Assembly: GCA_044892525.1 (NCBI GenBank)
Contig: CM097885.1
Coordinates: 21,330,001-21,394,000 of the forward strand
Direction: 5' to 3'
DNA from: Schmidtea polychroa
Taxonomy: Eukaryota
Length of the DNA stretch: 64,000 nt
This document shows positions 54,343 to 64,000 of the stretch, piece by piece. The translations under genes and the position numbers were made by a program. The stretch's first letter is position 1, and each line of letters begins with the position of its first letter. The notes under the pieces were generated by a model. That model did no database searches, was not told the origin of the DNA, and saw only the letters and a program-made list of their open reading frames with translations.

Positions 54343-54690
54343 AAAACTCTTTATCTCTTGAGCAATTTCACTAGCAGATTTAGTTTTAACAGGTATAGCT
54401 CTCGCAAATCGGCTAAATATGTCAATACATGTTAAAATATATTTGTAACCTTTGTTGATACTGGAATATGGAATCATTTCCAACAAATCTGCCTTCCATA
54501 AATCATCAATACCAAATGTTTTATATGCTCTTGTTGGAAATCTTTTTAACATCGGTTTGTTGAGACTGTATGCAAGTTGGCTTGATAACCAATTTCTTGT
54601 CTCTTTCTTTGATTTCTTGATTGCTTTCTTTAGTCTGTCGATTCCGCCGAAAGATGCTGGGTCTCTTGGATTTGTCCAAATTTTCTCCAT
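54343..54690 (-). pseudogene. Polinton integrase, N-terminal part (copy 2, truncated)
   Basis: MEKIWTNPRDPASFGG...LWKADLLEM...YILTCIDIFSRFARAIPVKTKSASEI, cut off by the repeat block. Confidence 0.9.
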
Positions 54691-54751
54691 TGCAACAATT
54701 TGAATTAAAATCAAGTTTGAAATTCGGTAATGAAGGACTACCACCCATTGT

Positions 54752-55271
54752 TTATGAACTTCGACTTCCTAATAAACCTGCTCCACCTAATAAAGATAAT
54801 GCAAGAGGAATTAATGCAGCTATAAATCCTCCTTGTTGTTTATCCATAATCTTTCTCATTTGTTTTTTGTTTTTGCTATTTACAAGTGATAGAAGCGATT
54901 TCTTGTGTTTTTTCCAAAATATGTTTTCTTGCACTGCTTATATTTATCTTACCATGTACAACTTTCATTATAATATCAAGTAAATCATCTATCACAAATG
55001 TAGGGAATGTTTGTAAAATTATCATTCTTGATTGTTTAGGAGCCTTCAACAAAGAATTAAAATATGGTAAGCTTCTTGGAATTTTGACTTTTCTAGATGC
55101 TATAAAATCTTTAGGTTTTTGTTTTGATAATTGAAACTCTTTTGGTTCAGTGTAACTGGTTTTCAGTGGAATTTTATTTGCAATTTTATTTGTAATTTTC
55201 CTCTTCTTACGCTTTGCAATCAAATTCTTCAATTTCTTTGAAGGTTTGACAATTACCTTTTGAAAAGACAT
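54752..55271 (-). pseudogene. Polinton basic QxGGF-motif protein (copy 2, same frameshift)
   Basis: MSFQKVIVKPSKKLK... plus a second frame KHKKSLL...QQGGFIAALIPLALSLLGG. Confidence 0.65.
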
Positions 55272-55290
55272 TATTAATCTTTTCAAGTGA

Positions 55291-55914
55291 TCAACTTTGT
55301 TTATATACTGTTGCACCGTTTTTGTTAAATATATCTGTTCGAACTCGTAATTCATCCGAACATTTTTGGGAAAAGTCTAGAAATAAATATCCATGGGGAA
55401 TTTTAGTTGCATCTTGAAATGCTTCTAGTAGAAACTTCCTATTGTTTGGGTATGCTTGTCTTGTTAGAAAATCAATGACTGCTGCATCTCTAGGGTTTTT
55501 AAAAATTGTTAGATAATGTACATTTAAATTACGAGTTCTATGATTTCCTCCTTGATGGAAAAGATTTTGGGTTATAAAAATAACTGTAACCCCAACATGT
55601 CTAGAAATCTTTGTAAACAAATTATTAAATTCCTTTTCTTTGTTGGCTTCTTGATATGAATCATCAATGATGATGACATCTCTCTTTTGTAAACGTTTTG
55701 TCCAATCTTTATCAAACCCTTTTATAATTTTCATTTGAACTTTACAGAATTCTGAATGCGTCAAACCATTTTCAGTTTCTGAACCTCGATGCCAATACAT
55801 TTTGTTGAAATTTTCAACAAACAAATTAGACTGAAGCAATTTACATACAAAAAGCGTTTTACCGCTTCCACTAGGATCGACAATTTGATAAACAGCTTCA
55901 TTTTGTAATTCCAT
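55291..55914 (-). CDS. Polinton A32/FtsK-like packaging ATPase (open 207-aa frame)
   Basis: IVDPSGSGKT, IIIDD, LFTKISRH, ITQNLF, FKNPRD and PHGYLFLD...RVRTDIF. Confidence 0.9.
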   Translation of the reverse strand: MELQNEAVYQIVDPSGSGKTLFVCKLLQSNLFVENFNKMYWHRGSETENGLTHSEFCKVQMKIIKGFDKDWTKRLQKRDVIIIDDSYQEANKEKEFNNLFTKISRHVGVTVIFITQNLFHQGGNHRTRNLNVHYLTIFKNPRDAAVIDFLTRQAYPNNRKFLLEAFQDATKIPHGYLFLDFSQKCSDELRVRTDIFNKNGATVYKQS

Positions 55915-56379
55915 TTAAAAATATGTACTACAAATATTGTTTATATAATGAGTCGAAAAACATGTTGAAATAGTTATTATTTTTTAAATTGCGCGCGAAA
56001 AATAATTTTTAAAACAAAGATTCGAGATCTCTGATATGAATTACATATAAAACTAAAACATTGGTATTAATATCTATATTCATATTGGCTCTATATATTA
56101 ATCAAATGAGTTTATTTAAACAAATATTCATTTGCCGCAATAACAGTATATATTTGAACAAAGATTTGAAATCTCCATTCAAAACTACTATAGAAAGCTG
56201 AAAGTCCCATCAAAACATGTAAATTTTACGATGCACTGTCATAAATAGAATCGTTGAAAATATTTCAAAGTCCGTCGGACATAGCCGAATTTTTGAGAAT
56301 TATCGATTGATTTTACCTTTTCATAATTCCTGGGAGAACCAAGAAACTTTTCGAGGATTTTATTTCGGAATCTTCTTAG

Positions 56380-57156
56380 TTGAATACAGACGCAACCTTT
56401 TTGTTAAGGATGTCTCGACCCTGCTTCTCGTGTGCCGATAAGAATGCAAATATGCAGAAATTACAAGAATATATAGGGGCTCTAAAGAAGCGTATCGATA
56501 CGCTAGAATCGACGTGGTTCTCCCCGCCACAGATGAAAGAATCCACTATGAAGATCTTGAGACTGGAACATTGTAGAGACAGCCTATTAGAAGAGAGCAG
56601 ATGTCAGAGGCTCACTATTAAAGCCCGGTCCGAGGCCCTACACAAAGTTTATTCAGAAGCCAAACTGAAATACCGAATTCGGGAATATTCAGTAGTGGAC
56701 AAATTAGATGTATTTCGCCTACATCATCATGATGACGAGGTAGTGTCAAAGCCATCATCTGCTTGTCAAAGTCACGGTACAGATTTACCTCCGTTTGTCA
56801 GGCCCGTCTTGACTGACGCATTTCACGGTAGCGAAACATCGAATGTCCACCCTAAAGAGTCAGTACTAACTAATCCGAATACTACCCCAGAAGCGCCAGT
56901 ACAGCCAAGTTCCCGACAAAGGAAGCGTCCTACTTGGACAGAGTGCACGAAAAGACGCCGAGATGAAGTAGCAGCTCTCGAAGCCACTTTACTTCCAGTG
57001 CAAACGACAAAGATGCAATCGTCGAACGAAGATACGGTCGAACCAGTCACTACTTCAGCCTATCGCATAATCCCACCATCCCAAACCGAGCCTCAAATCG
57101 ACCCTATTTGGCAAATTGACATCCACGCGATGATCGCCGAGGGAGAAGTGATGTAA
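56380..57156 (+). CDS. Unknown CxxC/coiled-coil protein, homolog of 16939-17682; first ~12 codons come from the Polinton repeat
   Basis: Homology begins at RPCFSC (~56416); the upstream codons are the inverted repeat unit. Confidence 0.7.
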   Translation: MNTDATFLLRMSRPCFSCADKNANMQKLQEYIGALKKRIDTLESTWFSPPQMKESTMKILRLEHCRDSLLEESRCQRLTIKARSEALHKVYSEAKLKYRIREYSVVDKLDVFRLHHHDDEVVSKPSSACQSHGTDLPPFVRPVLTDAFHGSETSNVHPKESVLTNPNTTPEAPVQPSSRQRKRPTWTECTKRRRDEVAALEATLLPVQTTKMQSSNEDTVEPVTTSAYRIIPPSQTEPQIDPIWQIDIHAMIAEGEVM

Positions 57157-59062
57157 AGGAAACCCATGCTGTATGCCTGCGATTAATGTAGAATCATCGT
57201 TCTGACAAATTACCTGAACCACTTCTGACTTTGAATGTCGTAAATTTAATGAGTGTCTTCACATGATTACCTGTATTTTCTTGTGTGTCAAATAATAAAT
57301 ATTTTGTAATTAGTTGTTGCATTGTCAAGTTATCTTATGAAATCCGGTATTGAGAAATGCTCTCCCTTAGGATTCTAATCGTTAGGTGAATTTCGAATCT
57401 TCATAACTGTCTCCTTGGACCAGAGACAGGTTCTTAGTAAATTGAGATGTAAGTCCTTCTATTGGTATTCGAGAACCCGTACTGCGAATATTACGAATAG
57501 TAGTCCTAACGTAAGTTCCGACCCATGTGAGCAGCACCAACATGACTTATCATCATGGGTACACATGTGGGAGATTACTGCTAAGTCGTGATGGATACTT
57601 GAGGAAAACTCATCCTAGGAGTATTATACTTCCCCAGGTATCCAACAATCGCTATAAAGCGGCTTACACTGATTCCATTTAAAAATATTCGAGAATCGGC
57701 GCTTTTCTCCTTAATGAAGTTATGACAGTTATCATATGGACAATCGCATGTTTACAAAATTTGCTCGGCTTAATCTCCTTTATTAACTCGCAATTGATAG
57801 TAGACTTGTTATGAAATTTAAATTTGACAATACTAGAATATCTCTCTATTTTTTTATTTCTTTCGTATTAAATTATTAGGTCTTAGAAAGGAACAAAATT
57901 TGAACAAAATCGAACTAGTTTCTTTAATTTCTTCTCGCCTTCCAAGCTCGGAAATTTTGTTTACTAATTTAGAATGATTAGTTTATTTCAATCTTTTAGT
58001 TCGTATTTCCTAAGATGTTCTAGGGACCTATTTTATTTGAAATTATAATATTTATACTCATCTTACAATTTGCTAACTACTCGTGTTCCCTCGAAAAAAA
58101 TATTGATTTGTAATATTTTAATTAAATACTTTGCACTTCATTTCATTTTTTGAATTTTGATAAATATTTTATTGTTTTTTTGTTTTATACAACCCAAACA
58201 ACTTTATAACGGAAATCTTAATTATTATATTAAAATGTCACTCGTTTAAAACATGTACAGGAGCACACTCAGGATTTTCGCTTGGGGCTCAATTTGAGAA
58301 AAGTTTTTTTAAGGTTCAAGTTCATTTTCAATACATAATACGTAAGAAAAATAAAGTATTAAGTACTTTTATATTCACTTAGAATAGGAAGGGGATTAAA
58401 TTCATTTTATTTACTATAAAAGGTGCCGCTTATTTGACAGTCAAAGCCGCTGCTTATTACGTAGTTAACCGTTTCTTGTTAATAATTTATATAATTTCAC
58501 CCCTTGATCCTGTTTATATATAAAAATGAAACAGTGATAATTTATTTTATATATCATAATAAAAGCTTGTTAAAAATATATAAAATTTATATTCATGAAA
58601 ATATTTTTAAAATGTAGCAAATACTATTTATCGCAACTTTCGATGTTCTAGTAGAATTAAATACACGTTTTCAATAATATATACATATAAATTCAAATGT
58701 CGTCCAAATTGTCCATTGAGACATCAGCAAAGGCAATAATCGAAGAATCATACCAAGACTTGCGCTGCATTAGACCTGGAATAAATGATTACTGTAATGT
58801 AATGGTTTATATATAATTTTTTTCAGTATAAATACAAAATACTCTATCTAACTTAATCCGAGTCACGGACCCCGCGATATAATTAAAAGATCTATATAAT
58901 AATTCTCTCTAGTAATAATTTACTATAGAGAATTCACAATTAAAAAATAATCGAAATAAAAAGATATTGGGATTTCCAGAATATAAAAGAAAATAAAATC
59001 GCTGAAAAGAAGAAAACCAGAAGCTATACTGACAAAATCGCAATCGCTACTTTTTCAGAGAG

Positions 59063-61125
59063 TTGAAAGTTTCAGGAAGACAATTCCAGGCACTGAGCAC
59101 CTCGTTTCAAGCTGGTAGCTGCAGTTCTGATCCATTGCAGCGCTCACGTTCAATTCTTTCTAGGCGCACTCGTAAGTCAACAAACTTTTGTTTCCAAATT
59201 GAGCTGGACTCTGGCTCAACTAACTGCATTTCAAAAACTTGTAATTCCATCCAGTCGAACATTGTTAAATCCAAATTTTCAAACTCGACTGTATCTGGAT
59301 ATTTTATAAATTTTGTTGTGTCTTCAAACTTTCTAAACTGAACAAAACGCACTGAAAATTGTTCGAGTGTTGCGTCGATTGTCTCTAAAAATAACAAAAT
59401 CTGAGCTTCTTTGACAACGGTTTCATGGATTTCTATTTCAGTATAAAATCTGAGTCTGAAAATTTTCAACTTCTTTTCAAATGTTTTTTTAACGTCAAAA
59501 GCCTCGTCAACGGTTTTTCCAAAACTTTGCAACTTAGTGTTAAGTTCATTTAGATGTGAAGTGAAATCTTTCAAGAACATTAGTCTGCTGAGCCAGTCAA
59601 CATCAGTTAACTCTGAGTACTTCTGTTTGTTGTCTTCCATAAACATTCGAATTTCATCAAGGCATTCCACGAAACGTTCCAGCACACGACCTCTGCTAAG
59701 CCAGCGAACACTATTGTACATTAGTAACCCAGAGTAAACGGACTGGACTTCATTTAACAGCAGTTCAAATTTTCTCTTATTCAAAGCACAAGGAGTAATG
59801 AAACTTACAATTTTTGTTACAATTTTCATAACATCTTCAAGTTCCTTCAAACCGGATTTTGTACACAAGGCTTTTTAGTGCACAATACAGCGAAACGCAA
59901 CCAGTGAGTGTCCAACATGTTTCGTAAACAAATTCACGAAACCCGCATCTTTTCCAGTCATACTTGGTGCACCGTCAGTAGTTACAGAGACTATTTTCTT
60001 TACGTCTAAATCTGCATTTTTAAGTTCATCCACGACTTTTTGGCATATTTCTGCACCCGTTGTTGGTCCAGATAATTTGGTTAGTTTTATTAGCTCTTCG
60101 TGCATTTTGTTTTCTTTCGGATATCTAGCAATGAGGCTAATCGAGCAGACTATGTTACATCAGTACTCTCGTCCAGACAAATAGAGAAGGCCTGACATAA
60201 CTTGATGTCTTCTTTTAATTGATTCTTAATATTTGAATTCAAGTTAATTATTCTATCTTTTACTGTATTTCGACTAATTGGCAGATCTTTTATTTGCTGA
60301 AAAATTTTGTCTTTATTTGGAAAATCTTCAAACTTTTATGGTGCACATTCTAGCCAAGTTTCTTTGATGTAATCACCATCACTGAAAGGCTTGCCATGCT
60401 TAGTTATTATTTTGGAAACTTCAAAACTTGCAGACACTAAGTTAGATGTACTTTTAACAAACTTTACAAACGAACAGGATTGTAAATTTGCATTTTTTAA
60501 CTGGCGCAATATATATTCTTTTTGTTCATCTTCGCTTTTACCAAGAAGCCACTTGTGATACTTTCATAGTGACGTTTAACTGAAGATGTTCGACAAACAA
60601 CGCTTTCAGAATACAAGACACACAAGGCCTTACTTTGTTTGTTGATTATTCCATATCGTTCAGTCCACCAATCTTGGAATTCCCTGCCACTTACTTCTTC
60701 TGAAAGTTTTATTTTTTTTGCTTTGAACACGACATTTCATTTAGCAAAATTTCAATTTTTAAATTATTAAATATTTACCAAAAAAATTCAATCTTTCACC
60801 AATAATAATGTCAACAAGATGTCTGCGTCATCAAATTCGTGCGCATCTTAACTTGTTTATTTTTACTTGTTAAAACAAATGCGGAATATACAAAAAATGA
60901 TAGAAAATAATTTATAGATTTAATCATAAGAAATATATATTCTGCCATCTGAAAATGACCTATTGTTCGATTCCTAGTTAACGGTTTCTAAAATATTTGC
61001 ACAATAAAATCATGCTGAAGTGTTAAATTGCGATTTCAATGATTTTATACTACTAAAATTTACACAAATTTGTTTTATCTCAAAGGTTTGGCGTGCCACA
61101 CGAAATCGTCTCGCGTGCCACTTCG
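59063..61125 (-). mobile_element. Buster-type hAT transposon, degenerate
   Basis: REFQDWWTERYG...[22 protein letters not shown] and VRWLSRG across 60735-59107; subterminal gtggcacgc motifs at ~61090-61122. Confidence 0.9.
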
Positions 61126-61746
61126 CTATAGTATTTTACTATTTCTAGAACCTAGAAGAAAATAAAATTTCTCACTACTACTATTTCTAGAATCTAAAAA
61201 AATAAAATTTGTGAAAAGAAGAAAATGAGAAGCTACGGTATACTAGTTTCGACCAGAATCTCGAACTATACAATTCACGATCCATTCTCCTAGACTCGAA
61301 CGTCAAGTAAATTCTTGATCCATTCGACTCTGAAAATCCTAATCTATTTCCAACTGAACTGAAATCCTTGACTGATTAAGGTTAAACATTTTTAGTGTTA
61401 TTTAAAATTTCAGAATTAAAATTGTTAGTTACATTTTGTTAATTTATTATTGTAACGCGCACTACATACATTCACCCTAACAGTCCCGACACAAATTTTT
61501 ACAGGAGACCCTGTTAGGTTCTAACAAACCTTTCCTTTACACATTAATATTAATTAATATACAGACGATAGTAAACATCATAATTAAATTTCAAGAAGTA
61601 TAATAATTACATTTTATAATTAACTATATCTATGTTTATTAGGCCGTCAATTGATATGAAGTATGAATCATATCGTGTTCCATTTCACAAAATTAAGGAA
61701 AATATATTTTTGGTTTTGCATAAAAATCAAAATTTATATATATATA

Positions 61747-63651
61747 TTAGGGTGGGTCGAAAATTTTTTTTTTCTCCAAACATGCCTAAAAAGTTGTGCT
61801 TATGCTAGAAAATGAAATATCCCTGCAAAAGACTGCTGTTTAAAAGGGTTTACAGGTCCCAACTTTTGTTTGTATGTATTAGTACTATCCCAGTAAAAAT
61901 GCTCGCACACGTGCCATTGTAAATTCATCCTGCAAGCAGTCACACGGGAAACAAGATTCCACCTTACTTCATAGAAGGATCCTAAAAGAGGAGCATTATG
62001 TGATTGTCGCCTTTCCAGGGGATACATATATCGATCATGTTGTACCTCAAAGTAGTAAAGCTGTGGATATTGGCAAAGAAATCATGTCAATCATCGTTAG
62101 CACGCAGTCCTCACTGACCCTTCAAGCAATTGTGTGCGATGGAACCAATACAAACACCGGAAAAAATAATGGAATAATCAGAAGACTCGAAAAAAGCCTA
62201 AGGCGACCTCTACAATGGCTGATATGCTTGTTGCATGCAAATGAATTGCCATTCAGGAAGTATTTTTCAGTCGTCGATGGTGGAGAAACAAAAGGTCCAA
62301 AAACGTCATGTGGTGAAATAGGAAGCGTTCTTGATTTTGATCCAAAAGACAAGCCCGTAGTAGCCTTTATGTCCCTTCCTGGAAAGGTCGTAGATATTAG
62401 TGAAAATGTCAAGAAAGAATTGAACACTGATCAATTGTATTTCCTCAGAGTATGCTTGGCAGTCCAGAAAGGGTACCACAACAACAAGGATGTCCCTTTT
62501 CTACAAATGGCACAACCAGGAAATTTGAATCACAGTCGCTGGCTAACGAAAGCTAATAGAATTCTGCGACTATATATGTCCGAAACTGCTCCATCTGAAC
62601 CTCTCATGCGAATAGTGAAATTTATTGTCAATTTCTATGGACCGTCATGGTTTTATATAAAGACTCACTCGTCATGCCAAGATGGTGCAAGAAATATTTT
62701 TTATATGCTCCAACTTCTGCAGGATTTGGATCCATCAGACCAAGAAATCATCTTTCCTGTCATTCAGAACAACAATTACTTCTCACATCCAGATAATATA
62801 CTCTTAGCTGCTGTTGGTGATGATGATGAAGAAATCAGAAAGTTTGCAACAGAAAAAATCATAACTGCAAGACAAAATTTTCTCCCTTCCGAAGTGATTC
62901 GCACTATGGACAAGAATACTGTCTTTCTTCAGTCGTCTGCTACATCATATGTTGACATGATTGACTGGACAAAATGTAATTTGACGCCTCCCCCTCTTTT
63001 ATCTCATATATTGGATCATGAATTGAAGATGAATAAGAAAATTACATTAGAACAATTTCCCTGTCATTCTCAAGCCGTTGAAAGAGCCATCAAAGATGTT
63101 TCTTCTGCCAGTTGGTCACAAGTCCAGACATGGTATGGTACTACTGTGTAAAAAATCAAGGAAGGAATTGCCCAAGGTGCAAAGCAAAGCTGATTTCATG
63201 TGACTTCTTTTTATGCCCTCGCTAATACATTTCTAAACTTTTGGCTGGATGTTTTTAATAAAAAATAATTTCGAAAGTTGATTTTTGTCTTTGAAAAGGA
63301 TAATTCAAATTTGGCCCTTCCTAATCACTGACGTTGTCAGGATATATTTCAATGCGGGATGAGGACAGAGAATATACTATCTCAGCCCAAGAAAGTAAAT
63401 AATATACTTATAAGCTCTTAAGAAAGCTACATCTAAATATGGACAAAGGCGCAAAACACATTCCGACACTAGCCAAATTACATTGTTTTCACACTTATGT
63501 TGAACTGCATTTTCGGAGAAAAGTTGGGAGCAGTAAATGTCCATAAATCTAAGTAAAATGGTTTGATTCGATTTTTCTATACCAAAATACAACTTTTTAA
63601 CCATGTTTCCTTTCTTGAACTCAAAATTTATTAACATTCGACCCACCCTAA
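61747..63651 (+). mobile_element. hATm-type DNA transposon (5'-internally deleted) inserted in (TA)n
   Basis: 15-bp TIRs ttagggtgggtcgaa and ttcgacccaccctaa. ORF 62000-63151 has CDGTNTNTG, WLICLLHANELPFR, HSRWLTKANRILRLY and FPCHSQAVER. Confidence 0.9.
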
Positions 63652-64000
63652 TATATATATATATATATTTGTTTTAAATTACATGTTTTGATGAGATCAA
63701 TAAGCGTAGTATATTGAGATCACCAAATATTACAATTTTTGTTATAGAAAACTGAAAATGCTACATTGCGGACATCCAAGACCGGGAATTTGGTAAGTCA
63801 CACACGGACAAAAGTGGATAAGGGAAAGGAGGCGATGAAATAAGTCCTACATCTGTAAATCTATAAACGAATAAATCTATAAGCGAGTACCTAATCAAAA
63901 TGTGAAACCACTCTGGGGTAAAGAAAGATTTGTAGCGTATATCTTAAATTCGCTGTATAAAAGATGAAGAAACTAATGTTGGGCAAAGACTGTAAGATAA

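Larger units (their letters stand above)
53612..56418. mobile_element. Rearranged Polinton segment (repeat block plus inverted ATPase-basic ORF-integrase cassette)
   Basis: 53612-54340 is colinear with the 22180-22726 repeats; 54340-56418 is an inverted paralog of ~22590-24580. Confidence 0.9.
51534..57647 (+). mobile_element. Second, diverged giant LTR-like element, interrupted by Polinton DNA
   Basis: Starts tgttgggctg, as does the 20360 end of element 1, then an A-rich tract, ctgattgg plus tatataag at ~52051-52077, the homologous ORF, AATAAA ~57294, a shared gtaagtccttctat, and ends ccaaca. No TSD seen. Confidence 0.65.

Noticed and set aside
53994..55134. Plus-strand ORFs over the Polinton cassette (and minus-strand ORFs at 23994-24522)
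   Set aside because: Antisense shadows of integrase and the basic ORF, duplicated only because the DNA is duplicated.

Overview
Very AT-rich, repeat-dense animal genomic DNA with tiny (38-48 nt) GT-AG introns. It resembles planarian flatworm sequence, but that is an inference. The only host gene I can support is a multi-exon SNAPC4/SNAP190-like Myb gene on the minus strand (about 47891 to 24901), whose ~14.8 kb intron is filled with transposons. The rest is nested mobile DNA, in five groups. (1) Scattered remnants of a Polinton/Maverick (adintovirus-like) endogenous virus: pPolB, minor capsid, PW, major capsid, adenain protease, packaging ATPase and integrase, with a divergent TBP-like gene next to the viral genes at two places. 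(2) Two diverged ~4 kb TG..CA LTR-like elements, each holding its own promoter, a conserved unknown coiled-coil ORF and a polyA signal. (3) A Penelope-like inverted repeat carrying two hammerhead-ribozyme motifs. (4) An LTR-like segment carrying a RING-H2 E3 gene, a possible tRNA-iMet-fragment primer site and a ubiquitin fusion. (5) Many DNA transposons (Buster and other hAT, hATm, pogo/Tigger, mariner, MULE), Gypsy remnants and captured RPL8 and H2B fragments. All family calls come from motif recognition by eye; no database searches were run.
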